Shown: piece after piece, positions 1 to 12,598 of the stretch
Position numbering within the stretch: the first letter of the stretch is position 1
How the letters are laid out: each line of letters begins with the position of its first letter
Assembly: GCA_032718475.1 (NCBI GenBank)
Contig: JAUCBJ010008553.1
Coordinates: 29,319 to 93,318 of the forward strand
Direction: 5' to 3'
DNA: 64,000 nt
DNA from: Nemertoderma westbladi
Taxonomy: Eukaryota > Animalia > Xenacoelomorpha
Program-made: the position numbers and the translations under genes
The notes under the pieces: generated by a model
Databases searched by the model: none
Told to the model about the DNA's origin: nothing
Seen by the model: only the letters and a program-made list of their open reading frames with translations

Positions 1-1064
1 TTTAGGTTTTCTGGGGCGCTGATTCTAATGGAATACATTTCTAATAGGCAAGATCATTGCTAATCGTATTTTTCGGCGTAGTATGGCAAATTGTGGTGCT
101 AGCACCAAATTTCGTACCTGTTTTTATTGATTCCATCAGATTCAGGACCCTCATAAACACGGATAACGCAAGAAACAAGATGATACTATCTATTGATCGA
201 ATTTGCTTCTTTTTAAAAATTTGGTGCTAGCACACAAATCCCCGAAAAATACAAGTTTGAGAATTCTTATGGAATTTTTACTTATTCCATTGAATTCAGA
301 ACCCCCACAAACCCGTAAAACGCAAGTGACAACCTTACACATACACAATAGTGTCATCAGTTGTCTAGATATATAATTATGTATTCCATCGAAGTCAGAA
401 CCCCTATAAACCTCTAAAATGCGAGAAATAATTTGTCACAATCAATTGAACTATTGAATGATTTTCTAAATTTCGTGGTGGCACCAAATTTTGCCCACCG
501 CACCGAAACATACAAGTTTGATGTGCCTAGTGCGAATCTTATATATTCCATCGAAACGAGAACCCTAAAATCCCCTATTGCGCAAAAAACAGGTTCAAAC
601 AATCACTTTACAAAATTGAAATATTTCAAAATTTGGCGCTGGTACTAAAATTTGGCACCCGCCGAAAAAAAAAGGTTTGAAATTTCTAGCACATTTTATA
701 TGAATTCCATCTATAGCGAACATCAAAAAAACCGGTGTAAATCAAGAATATATCTTGCAAATCGTATTTCATGAAATATAATTTTCAAAAAAACGTCTCA
801 AAGTAGAGCCAAAAGTAGGGATAAAAAATGGTGCTATATAACTCGAAAAGTTCCCAATATTTTTAAAAACTGTTTTCACTATTAGGAAGACAATACGGTA
901 GATTTTTAGGAAAAGTCATAAAATTTCAGATTTCCAGCTCCGTTTGTTTAGAGTTATAACAATAAAAACCACATGGGTGGAGGGGGGGGGGGGGGGGGGG
1001 GGGGTGGGGGGGGGGGGGGGTGTCATATTGACTTCCACAGCCACACCCCCTGGGTTTAATAGGG
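1..1064 (-). mobile_element. Non-autonomous piggyBac-type (TTAA) DNA transposon, family B, truncated by the window edge
   Basis: Ends in ...TTTAATAGGG|TTAA (TTAA 1065-1068). It is the reverse-complement homologue of 12599-13776 and 47836-49355, sharing GGTGCTAGCACC motifs. Confidence 0.8.
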
Positions 1065-1339
1065 TTAAACATCTTTTAAATATACTGTGACATTTTTTAA
1101 TCAAACTGGAACACTTCATTAAAATGGTACTTATTTACTTATACAGTATTTACTAATTACTTTTACTTATAACTTTTAATTAAACTGGAATACCATTTAA
1201 TTAAGCTGACACACCTTATAATTAAACTGGCCTATCTTATATGTAATTAAACTGGCACACATATTAATCAAACTGGCACAAAATTAATTATGGTTTTATG
1301 GGAACAATTAATATACACAAAAAAAATTTAAGTTTTCAA

Positions 1340-2240
1340 ATTTCCTGAGCAGCAAGCAAACATTTTCCGTGACTTCATTCCTGATATTCAAATTTGGCGA
1401 TGTTGTTCCTGTCTGTAAGCCTGTCAGTCTGTCCGTCAAAATATAACCGACAGCCTGACAGCCAAACAGACAATTTGGAAGTCATCAAATGTTAAAATTG
1501 ACACTCGAAATTGATTCTGCGACCCTGGAAACCACAAGAGCTAAACCTTTAGCTTGGAGATCTGCCCTTTCCTTACATTTCACGGACAGATTGTCGGATA
1601 GTCAGAAAGACCGTCAGACAGACAAACAGACTAAATAGATTTCATTAAAAGTGAAAACTGACCTTAAAAATGAAATCAGCGACCAGGAAAACCCCCATAG
1701 CTAAAATCTTAGCATGGATTTGTGCTTTCGTGTTGCTAGATGTATATTGACAGACATTATCACATATTAAAACAGACAGTTTTTGCGCGGGAAGGTTTAT
1801 ACTTCAAAGGCAATAATCCTGGAATTACATTTTTTCACACAAAACACACTACTCCTCCGCCATTTCTTAACCTTTTTTTTGTGATTTTTGATTTTTATGA
1901 AAGGAAATTAAATAAGCTTTAATATTCTTCGGCCACTTTTTTTAATTTCACAATATTTCCGCGTCTTTTTCACGAAAAAACATAAAAAACATGGATTTTT
2001 TCAATTTTTAAAAATGTTGAGTTTTTTTTCACAAAATTACCAATTATCAGAAATAGAAAATGAAAATAAAAAAGTGGGCGAAGAACATGATGAAATTTAA
2101 CATGCTAGTTCCAAAAAATGTGGTATCGAAAAATGAAGATGGGAAATAACGGAGAAGTTAGTCTTTTTAGCGAAATTTTTTAAATCTTACCCCAGCCGCT
2201 AGGGGGCTCTAAAAAATTTTTTTTCAAATATTGATTTACT
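1340..2240. repeat. Interspersed repeat; inverted homologue at ~58620-59490
   Basis: 1441-1520 (ATATAACCGACAG...GTTAAAATTGACACTCGAAATT) matches the reverse complement of ~59305-59380. There is an internal ~160-bp-spaced duplication. Boundaries are approximate. Confidence 0.7.
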
Positions 2241-3030
2241 TTAGTTAATTCTCTTATTCGATGGTATATAGTTTTCTTCGCATTTTCAACCGAATTGTAG
2301 ATAAACAAATGAGAAAAACACTAGGGGGGGGGGGGGGGGGTGGTTAACTGATTAGCCCCCCCCCCCCCCCTTAATATTACCAATTAATACCTGTAATATT
2401 CTTACCGATTTTATCACATGTAAAGAAAGCATGTGCTTTCGATGTGCTAAATAAAAATTATAGAAACAATTGTTTATACGGGTTTAGAAAAAAGCTCACC
2501 AGTGGCCAACCCTGGCCATATAATTAATGCGTGTCAGAACAGAAAGAACAGCAGTGTCTATGAGCCGTGCGGATCGTATCTGAACTCAGATCAGGTTCTA
2601 GAGCATCCTTCACACACTTTCTCCTTCACACCTTCACATGGAACTTCATGTCTCTTCCGTGTAGAAAAATTTGCGCGCGCGACATGGAAGTTTTGCCAGC
2701 GCTGTCCGTTATGGGCTTCCGTATAGAGTGTCTCCACAGTCGCACGTTATTCTAACCAAAATTAAAACTTGAAGTTTTAATAACGAGCAGAAGTACTGTT
2801 AATATTGACACAACGTATTGACAATTAAATTATAATATAATAAAAATTAAATTAAACGCACTGCAACACCAAAGATATTTTTAAACAAGCCCTATTATTT
2901 TTTCATATTTTGTAATAATACTGAATATTAGTATTACACGCATTGGCTCCATAATGCATTAATAATTCAAACGCTTTTATTCGGTGTAAACAATTATTCC
3001 CGTGTAATGTATCATTTACAAATTCCTATG

Positions 3031-3265
3031 TTACAGTGCTTTATTTGGTGGGGGGCACCTGCCCCTGTGGCACTTGAGACCCCTGGCGTACCATTCGATT
3101 TGGTCCAATAATCTCCTAGCGTTGGATTCGTAACGTATCTTCCATTTTCCGTCAACCGGTTCTCCGTCTGTATTCAAGGAGTCCTGGACACTGGGACAGC
3201 CCATTATCTCGGACACAGAGAGACATCCATGGTGGCCTGTGAGCGCTCGCATCTGCATCGCTGCC
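3031..3265 (-). CDS. NAD(P)H-dependent FMN/quinone reductase (flavodoxin-like fold), coding exon 4 (last)
   Basis: Acceptor ttgtatttcag|G. Encodes (R)AAMQMRALTG...LLDQIEWYARGLK...KAL*. Phase 2 matches exon 3. AATAAA on the minus strand at 2976-2981. Confidence 0.9.
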
Positions 3266-4023
3266 CTGAAATACAATTTGTTTTCGTTTCTTAGTTTTGA
3301 GCATACTGTAATTGGTGTCGCCAATCCGAAATATTTATCGAACACAAATAACATGTTTCGCTTCGAAAACGACAAACGTTATTCTAAAGTTATACATTTA
3401 TGTAGCAAAGTATCTCACCTAATTCTATACCAGGCCTTCGCACAATACGATATTAGGCAGCATAATAATTATAGGACGTGTATAATGTATCAGTTTATAA
3501 CTCTCCAGTAGAGGCGAATAACATATTACATTACAGATATGGAGCTGTGCATTCATTAGCAAAGTAAATAGACTACAGTTACCGTTCTAGGCAACTAAAA
3601 ACAACGAAGCTGAACCTGAATTGTTTTTCCGTCACCATGGTTACTTGTATAAATATTATTCCCAATATTATTATTATAATTATTCAATTAGGCCTCTGCA
3701 ACAGCTACCTGCCATATTGAGCTCTCTACCTAGAGCATGACAGAAAGTTGAATCTATAGGGCCTACAGCTGTAATATATGTTTGTTCCGAGTCCCGTAAA
3801 TACATACAATAGTTTGCACCATACGGATAAATATATTGACTACTAGCTAGACCAAGACAAACCAGTGCCGATTCAAACAACTGCAAACGTTTAATATTTG
3901 GCTAAATTCTTACTGTGTGGGTAAAATAATGCGATAAAATATGATTGATCTGTAAAATTCTATTATGAAATTTGAGTAATTATTACTACAATGACAATTA
4001 TGTTTTATATGCAGTTTTTAATA

Positions 4024-4059
4024 ATGAATGAATGAATGAATGAATGAATGAATGAATGA
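4024..4059 (+). repeat. (TGAA)n microsatellite
   Basis: About 9 perfect copies. Confidence 0.9.
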
Positions 4060-4348
4060 AACACAATTCTGAAACACTCGTATCAGTTCTGTAATACGTT
4101 CTTTATATTATTTAGAATGATACAATCTCAATTATTCAAAAAAGTGAAAAGGAAATATACAAATCGTATTTGAGACTCAAGCGGTTCATATACATAAATA
4201 CCGGTAAATTAATGTTCAGAATACCTCATCGGTACATTTACTTTTGAGACGCATTTTTATTTATTTACATAATTTCTTACCGGTATATAATACCGGTATG
4301 AGCGCTATTTAAAATGTAAAATGTTCTGTAAATAAATCACGTACGAAC

Positions 4349-4552
4349 CTCATTCCGCCAAATATTCCACTGGAATAACAAACAATCCCACTGGGTTTGT
4401 AAGTCCATCCCTCCATTCCGAAATGGTCGACTAAGTTTTTCATAGCGGAAGGAATACAATGGTTGTATTCGCCACAAATAAAAATAAAAGCGTCGCAGGA
4501 CTTTATTTCGTCGTTGATTTTGACCAGCCAAGAAGGTGCTTCCGATATATCC
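4349..4552 (-). CDS. FMN/quinone reductase, coding exon 3
   Basis: Acceptor ctttgtag|, donor AG|gttcgt. Encodes DISEAPSWLVKINDEIKSCDAFIFICGEYNHCIPSAMKNLVDHF...KPSGIVCYSSGIFGGMR, carrying the EYN, KNxxD and GG-R motifs of the FMN_red family. Confidence 0.93.
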
Positions 4553-4916
4553 CTACAAAGAATAGGGAGTAAAGAGGTTGTTATTATTATTATTATTATC
4601 GTACATGAAACAATAACCTTACAATTATTGCACAGTACATACCTAACTACAGACACTCTAGCACAAAAAAAAGAAAAATAATTAAAGTAAGTAGAACAAT
4701 AATAATAAACAACAATAAGGTTATTCATTTTATTACCGAGAGCGAGAGTTTTTGTACTGGATATGTACATCTCTGTATGCCAATATATATGACTATATAT
4801 ATGTACTCTACAGACTTAACTTTCCAATTTAAACAGGGATTAAATATAATATATGTATGTTCCTTACGTATGAATACTCACTCCATAGCGAAAAATATTA
4901 ACTGATCCTAATGGGC

Positions 4917-5385
4917 CACGAAGACCTGTCACGAAGACCTGTCACGGAGACCTGTCACGAAGACCTGTCACGGAGACCCGTCACGGAGATCCGCCACGAA
5001 GACCTGTCACGAAGACCTGTCACGGAGACCTGTCACGGAGAGTTGTCACGGAGAGTTGTCACGGAGACCCGTCACGAAGACCTGTCACGAAGACGTGTCA
5101 CGGTGACATGTCACGGAGACCTGTCACGGAGACCCGTCACGAACACTTGTCTCGAAGACGTGTCACGATGACCTGTCACGGATACCTGTCACGGAGACCT
5201 GTCACGGAGAACCGTCACGAAGACCTGTCACGAAGACGTGTCACGATGACCTGTCACGGGGACCTGTCACGGAGACCCGTCACGAAGACCTGTCGCGGAG
5301 ACCTGTCACGGAGACCTGTTACGGAGACCTGTCACGGAGACCCGTCACGAAGACCTGTCTCGAAGACGTGTCACGATGACCTGTT
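4917..5385 (+). repeat. 13-bp minisatellite (ACGGAGACCTGTC) in intron 2 of the reductase
   Basis: About 36 degenerate tandem copies. Confidence 0.92.
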
Positions 5386-5754
5386 ACTCCGGTCAGGTAC
5401 TGCTGTACTTCCTTTTGAGTGACTGATAAAAACATTAGATAGCTCACTCCATAGCGAATAGATTATCCATCCGTCTTGGTAGCTCCATAACCTAGGTAAC
5501 GGTTCGAGCACCATTAGGGTCGGTTGATTGATGTATTTAATCCACCGTCACTACAACCCACAACAATTTATTTAATAAGATGATTATTAAGAGATTATTT
5601 AATAAAATGGCTGTACGATAATGTATCATAGCCAGGTAGTGGTCCAAATTGACCGCAAGTGAAATTAAAAAATGTTCTAGGTACGCCCCCTAGCTGAATT
5701 ATAACATTAGATGTTAGAATTAACTTTAGTTGAGAAATTCGGAAGTTTCCTTAC

Positions 5755-5865
5755 GTGTAATGGTGAAGCGGTTTCGTGAGAACGGGAAAGTCTATTTCTT
5801 CCGGGTCGCAAACATAAACTTCTAAATTTCGTTTCTTTAGTTGAGCTTCGATAAATCTGCTAACT
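5755..5865 (-). CDS. FMN/quinone reductase, coding exon 2 (absent from the ORF track)
   Basis: Acceptor tattacattttag|, donor AC|gtaagg. 111 nt encoding (R)VSRFIEAQLKKRNLEVYVCDPEEIDFPVLTKPLHHY(T); phases match on both sides. Confidence 0.9.
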
Positions 5866-6519
5866 CTAAAATGTAATACAGAAATAAATAAGTTAATGAA
5901 TATTATGTAATACCTACCTGTCTTGTATGATAAAACGATATTATAAGTCTTGTATGAAAATATTTAGAAATAATATTGTAGATATACATACACTTATTTT
6001 TTAATATTGTATATTGACGGGAACTCAGCCCATTTTACATACTGTAGATATATTATACATACATATAGCACAATAATTGTAATTGATTAGAAACATTACG
6101 TAATATCATACATATACGTCCTGTTGTTAATGGCTGCCAATGGGGATGATACAAGTTTAGGTTAGTTATTCTAGCAGTGTTTATTCATCCCTTAGGACAG
6201 TAACTACCCGTTTTAGTTAAAAAAAAGTGATCTGGAGTTTGGCTTAGAGAGGGGAATGTAGAATTCAACCAATCAGCGATGAGCTTTTTTTCAGAGAAAG
6301 CAGGCTGCTCCAATCAGAGTTTATTTCCCTTTCAAGCTTTTCACTGTAATAATCTACTTTGTAAATAAATAAATAACATTGACTGAAAAGTGAAAAGTGA
6401 AAACCAAGTATTCTTCATATTATTGGTGAAAATTTCGTAAATATAATAATGGGAATGATGATTGTTCATGTACTAGCATACTGGTGGGTTATTGTGGTAA
6501 TTCTGCAATAATGAAGCAA

Positions 6520-6634
6520 TGCAATGCTGCATTCAAAACAAGATTCGCCGGGACTCTCGGTATGAGTGCAAACAGTGCATTGGGAGTCCAGGGTTCTCTG
6601 CCTTGGTAAATGCTTTGCCGATTATCATAAATAG
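6520..6634 (+). pseudogene. piggyBac transposase C-terminal Cys-rich domain remnant
   Basis: Reads CCIQNKIRRDSRYECKQCIGSPG, then after a 2-nt frameshift LCLGKCFADYHK*, matching the RxxxxYxCxxC...LC...CFxxYH pattern. Confidence 0.7.
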
Positions 6635-6730
6635 ATCATATCATAGTAATAGTTCGATTATAACGGTACCATAAATAGACCATGAAACATAATATATACG
6701 ATATAGTTCAGAAAAATAAATATTTTTTTC

Positions 6731-9700
6731 GGGGGTGTAACAGGAGTGGATGAGTAAACGGGGGTGTAACAGGAGTGGAGGAGTAAAGGGGGTGTAACAG
6801 GAGTGGATGAGTATACGGGGGTGTAACAGGAGTGGAGGAGTAAACGGGGGTGTAACAGGAGTGGAGGAGTATACGGGGGTGTAACGGGAGTGGATGAGTA
6901 AACGTGAGTGTAACGGGAGTGGATGAGTAAACGGGGGTGTAACAGTAGTGGATGAGTAAACGGGGGTGTAACAGGAGTGGATGAGTAAACGTGGGTGTAA
7001 CAGGAGTGGATGAGTAAAGGGGGGTGTAACAGTAGTGGATGAGTAAACGGGGGTGTAACAGGAGTGGATGAGTAAACGGGGGTGTAACAGGAGTGGATGA
7101 GTATACGGGGGTGTAACAGGAGTGGATGAGTATACGGGGGTGTAACAGGAGTGGATGAGTATACGGGGGTGTAACAGGAGTGGATGAGTAAAGGGGGTGT
7201 AACAGGAGTGGATGAGTAAAGGGGGTGTAACAGGAGTGGATGAGTATACGGGGGTGTAACAGGAGTGGATGAGTATACGGGGGTGTAACAGGAGTGGATG
7301 AGTAAAGGGGGGTGTAACAGGAGTGGATGAGTATACGGGGGTGTAACAGGAGTGGATGAGTATACGGGGGTGTAACAGGAGTGGATGAGTATACGGGGGT
7401 GTAACAGGAGTGGATGAGTAAAGGGGGGTGTAACAGGAGTGGATGAGTATACGGGGGTGTAACAGGAGTGGATGAGTATACGGGGGTGTAACAGGAGTGG
7501 ATGAGTAAAGGGGGTGTAACAGGAGTGGATGAGTAAAGGGGGTGTAACAGGAGTGGATGAGTATACGGGGGTGTAACAGGAGTGGATGAGTAAAGGGGGT
7601 GTAACAGGAGTGGATGAGTAAAGGGGGGTGTAACAGTAGTGGATGAGTAAACGGGGGTGTAACAGGAGTGGATGAGTAAACGGGGGTGTAACAGGAGTGG
7701 ATGAGTATACGGGGGTGTAACAGTAGTGAATGAGTATACGGGGGTGTAACAGGAGTGGATGAGTATACGGGGGTGTAACAGGAGTGGATGAGTATACGGG
7801 GGTGTAACAGGAGTGGAGGAGTAAAGGGGGTGTAACAGGAGTGGATGAGTAAACGGGTGTGTAACAGGAGTGGATGAGTAAACGTGGGTGTAACGGGAGT
7901 GGATGAGTAAAGGGGGTGTAACAGTAGTGGATGAGTAAACGGGGGTGTAACAGGAGTGGATGAGTAAAGGGGGTGTAACAGTAGTGGATGAGTAAACGGG
8001 GGTGTAACAGGAGTGGATGAGTAAACGGGGGTGTAATAGTAGTGGATGAGTAAAGGGGGTGTAATAGTAGTGGATGAGTATACGGGGGTGTAACAGTAGT
8101 GGATGAGTAAAGGGGGTGTAACAGGAGTGGATGAGTAAAGGGGGTGTAACAGGAGTGGATGAGTATACGGGGGTGTAACAGGAGTGGATGAGTAAAGGGG
8201 GTGTAACAGGAGTGGATGAGTAAAGGGGGGTGTAACAGTAGTGGATGAGTAAACGGGGGTGTAACAGGAGTGGATGAGTAAACGGGGGTGTAACAGGAGT
8301 GGATGAGTATACGGGGGTGTAACAGTAGTGGATGAGTATACGGGGGTGTAACAGGAGTGGATGAGTATACGGGGGTGTAACAGGAGTGGATGAGTATACG
8401 GGGGTGTAACAGGAGTGGATGAGTAAAGGGGGTGTAACAGTAGTGGATGAGTAAACGGGGGTGTAACAGGAGTGGATGAGTAAACGGGGGTGTAACAGGA
8501 GTGGATGAGTATACGGGGGTGTAACAGTAGTGGATGAGTATACGGGGGTGTAACAGGAGTGGATGAGTATACGGGGGTGTAACAGGAGTGGATGAGTAAA
8601 GGGGGTGTAACAGTAGTGGATGAGTAAACGGGGGTGTAACAGGAGTGGATGAGTAAAGGGGGTGTAACAGTAGTGGATGAGTATACGGGGGTGTAACAGG
8701 AGTGGATGAGTAAAGGGGGTGTAACAGTAGTGGATGAGTAAAGGGGGTGTAACAGTAGTGGATGAGTATACGGGGGTGTAACAGTAGTGGATGAGTAAAG
8801 GGGGTGTAACAGTAGTGGATGAGTATACGGGGGTGTAACAGGAGTGGATGAGAAAAGGGGGTGTAACAGGAGTGGATGAGTAAACGGGGGTGTAACAGGA
8901 GTGGATGAGTAAAGGGGGTGTAACAGTAGTGGATGAGTAAAGGGGGTGTAACAGTAGTGGATGAGTATACGGGGGTGTAACAGTAGTGGATGAGTAAAGG
9001 GGGTGTAACAGGAGTGGATGAGTATACGGGGGTGTAACAGTAGTGGATGAGTAAAGGGGGTGTAACAGTAGTGGATGAGTATACGGGGGTGTAACAGTAG
9101 TGGATGAGTAAAGGGGGTGTAACAGGAGTGGATGAGTAAAGGGGGTGTAACAGGAGTGGATGAGAAAAGGGGGTGTAACAGGAGTGGATGAGTAAACGGG
9201 GGTGTAACAGGAGTGGATGAGTATACGGGGGTGTAACAGGAGTGGATGAGAAAAGGGGGTGTAACAGGAGTGGATGAGTAAACGGGGGTGTAACAGGAGT
9301 GGATGAGTATACGGGGGTGTAACAGGAGTGGATGAGTAAAGGGGGTGTAACAGGAGTGGATGAGTAAAGGGGGTGTAACAGGAGTGGATGAGTATACGGG
9401 GGTGTAACAGTAGTGGATGAGTATACGGGGGTGTAACAGTAGTGGATGAGTAAAGGGGGTGTAACAGTAGTGGATGAGTATACGGGGGTGTAACAGTAGT
9501 GGATGAGTAAAGGGGGTGTAACAGGAGTGGATGAGAAAAGGGGGTGTAACAGGAGTGGATGAGTAAACGGGGGTGTAACAGGAGTGGATGAGTATACGGG
9601 GGTGTAACAGGAGTGGATGAGAAAAGGGGGTGTAACAGGAGTGGATGAGTAAACGGGGGTGTAACAGGAGTGGATGAGTATACGGGGGTGTAACAGGAGT

Positions 9701-10384
9701 GGATGAGTAAAGGGGGTGTAACAGGAGTGGATGAGTAAAGGGGGTGTAACAGGAGTGGATGAGTATACGGGGGTGTAACAGTAGTGGATGAGTAAACGGG
9801 GGTGTAACAGGAGTGGATGAGTAAAGGGGGTGTAACAGGAGTGGATGAGTATACGGGGGTGTAACAGTAGTGGATGAGTAAACGGGGGTGTAACAGGAGT
9901 GGATGAGTAAAGGGGGTGTAACAGGAGTGGATGAGTATACGGGGGTGTAACAGGAGTGGATGAGTAAAGGGGGTGTAACAGGAGTGGATGAGTAAAGGGG
10001 GTGTAACAGGAGTGGATGAGTATACGGGGGTGTAACAGTAGTGGATGAGTAAACGGGGGTGTAACAGGAGTGGATGAGTAAAGGGGGTGTAACAGGAGTG
10101 GATGAGTATACGGGGGTGTAACAGGAGTGGATGAGTAAAGGGGGTGTAACAGGAGTGGATGAGTATACGGGGGTGTAACAGTAGTGGATGAGTAAACGGG
10201 GGTGTAACAGGAGTGGATGAGTAAAGGGGGTGTAACAGGAGTGGATGAGTATACGGGGGTGTAACAGTAGTGGATGAGTAAACGGGGGTGTAACAGGAGT
10301 GGATGAGAAAAGGGGGTGTAACAGGAGTGGATGAGTAAACGGGGGTGTAACAGGAGTGGATGAGTATACGGGGGTGTAACAGTA
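6731..10384 (+). repeat. 28-29-bp G-rich minisatellite (GGGGGTGTAACAGGAGTGGATGAGTA[TAC/AAC/AA]) in intron 1 of the reductase
   Basis: About 127 tandem copies over 3.65 kb. Confidence 0.97.
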
Positions 10385-10699
10385 ATAAGCAGATAGTGAT
10401 TGTAATAATATTCAAGGGGATTTTGTAGCGGGAAAAGCCGGTCTTCGACACGCAACACTATCAATTCTAAGCCGCCTGAGAGCGTGCCATGCTGAGGACG
10501 TGAGAAATCATTTACAGGTGTAGCAGGAATTTTTGATGAAATTCTGTGGGAGGAACAGAACACCATCATTTTCATAATTTACATTATCTTACTTAACATA
10601 ATTTAGACTATTGCACTCCATGAACCCTAGCAGTTAATGAGTCCATTCTCGAGCTCCACCATTTGTAGGCTGATATAAAAAATAGAGGAATATAAAAAA

Positions 10700-11170
10700 T
10701 ACCATTCTTATTCGTAATTGTGGTTGATTATGTTCTACGCATGCCATTTGACCATTTAATAAAGATGGGGTGATGGTAACACCCCCTACTGGCACAAGAA
10801 GTAGAGGAAATCCAACAAAGTACCTTACTATACTGATCTAGACTTTGCGGATGACTTAGAGGTACTGTCAGAATCACTAGAGGGAGCCAAAAGGCTCCTC
10901 TGCTCATTGGATCAGGTTGTGTCTAGTTTTGTTCCTTTTGTAAACTCCAAGAAGACCCAAATTATGACAGTGAACCTTGACAGCCCGGATGTCTGATCGT
11001 AAAGGGCATAAGCTCCAGGAATAGCATGTTTGAGAATGTGGATGACTTCTACCGCTTGGGATCATCGATTCGGAAGTCAGGTGAAGACCTTCGGATACGT
11101 AAGGGGAAGGCATGGGCAGTATTAAATAGTCTGTGCAGGATTTGTATGTCCCATAGAATAAAACGGAACC
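10700..11170 (+). mobile_element. RTE-like LINE reverse-transcriptase fragment, 5' part, degraded
   Basis: PFLFVIVVDYVLR at ~10703 and DLDFADDL ending at 10858, followed by RIRKGKAW...IKRNL. Confidence 0.8.
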
Positions 11171-11174
11171 TTAA

Positions 11175-12594
11175 CCCTATTACCACTGGGGGGGGGGGCG
11201 AATCGGCCCTTTCCTAGTTTTTAATTGCTGTATCTATGCAATCACCTTATGTACCTCCCAATTTTTTAGGAGAATTAGTCAAATTTAATGGCGCATCTTT
11301 TGCAAAAAACGGCGTTGCAATTAGATTTTAACTTTTCGATGTGGGTGCCACCTCAAAATTTTGTCCCCAGCAGAAATTTTATGAAATTTTCGAATTTTCA
11401 AGGTCTTTTATAAGTTAGTAATTCTTATGTTGGGGCTTTTTTTTATTGATTCTGATTTGTAAGGAGCACTCTACTACTCTATATAAGTATGTAAGGGAAG
11501 TGGTACGTCATTTTTGGTGCACTAAAATTAGGGCGTGGCACTTCAAATTTTCAAAATTTCAATATTCGTTAAATACTCCGAAGTTTAGATTTCAATGCGT
11601 TTTTATGGGTTTTCTGGCATGCTTAATCGATTGAAAGTAACATATAGATATAACAATTCTTAGTGGTACATCATTTTTGGTGCACCAAAATTAGGGCGTG
11701 GCAAGTAGGCATACTTCAAATTTTCAAAATTACGATATTCAGAAAATACCACAAGGTTTTCATTTCAACCCATTTTTATAGGTTATCTGGACCGCTGAAT
11801 CGATTGAAAGTAATATTGAAGCCTCAAGTCTTAGTGTTACGTCATTATTGATACACTACAATTAGGGCGTGGTACTTTTTCAAAATTTGCATAAGTGCCA
11901 CTCCCTAATTTTGGTGCACCAAAAATGCCAAACCACTACGTCTTCAGGCTTCTATAATACTTTCAATTGATTCAGCGGTCCAGAAAACCTATAAATGTGC
12001 GTTGAAATCTCAACTTTGGTTTATTTTCCGAATCTCGTATTTTTCAATATGAAGTGCCACACTTTAATTTTGGTGCTCTAAAAAGGACGATCCACTAAGT
12101 CTTCAGGCTTCGATAATATTTTCAATCGATTCAGCGGTCCAGAAAACCTTTAAAAACGCGTTGAAATCAAAAGATGGGGGTATTTTCCGAATATCGCATT
12201 TTTTAAAATTTGAAGTGCCACGCCCACTTCTTAGGTGCACGAAAAATAGCATCCAGTTCAATTTTCGGAAATGGAATATAATCACATTCGATTCAGCGTA
12301 GTGAAAAACCTACTAATGCTAGCCAACAATACCACACTATTACTGTAGTTTTTAGAATATCAAAAAATGTATATTTTGTCCTGGGACTACTTCTATTTTT
12401 CATGTGAAAATTATTACACCCACCTTATGAAATTTTCATTTTTTTGGATTTGAAAATGTTCTTCGATAATTCTTTCACCTACAGCCCAAATTTCGTAGAA
12501 TTTTATTGGATGATTACAAAAATACAGCGGGGGGGGGGCGAATCGACCCCCCGCCAGTGCTGCTAATGGTCTAAACACCCCAGTGGTAATAGGG
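11175..12594 (+). mobile_element. Non-autonomous piggyBac-type element, family A
   Basis: Perfect 17-bp TIRs CCCTATTACCACTGGGG / CCCCAGTGGTAATAGGG, flanked by TTAA at 11171-11174 and 12595-12598. Confidence 0.9.
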
Positions 12595-12598
12595 TTAA

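Noticed and set aside
354-360. Other CTGATGA matches (also ~14098, ~14992, ~16434, ~62294)
   Set aside because: No properly placed stem II, GAAA or stem III was seen, so they are not hammerheads.
976-1021. Poly-G/C runs giving poly-Pro or poly-Gly ORFs (also ~2324, ~30213, ~49305, ~53021, ~62260)
   Set aside because: Homopolymers in transposon subterminal regions, with unreliable lengths; not coding.
4911-5422. HEDLSRRPVTET-repeat ORFs
   Set aside because: Translations of the 13-bp minisatellite.
6658-10575. 1305-aa and 1247-aa ORFs
   Set aside because: They are translations of a stop-free 28-29-bp minisatellite with constant frame drift, inside an intron.
10390-10575. MKMMVFCSSHR...FPLQNPLEYY as the reductase N-terminus
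   Set aside because: The resemblance is superficial; exons 14323-14396 and 5755-5865 fit the family motifs and splice phases much better.
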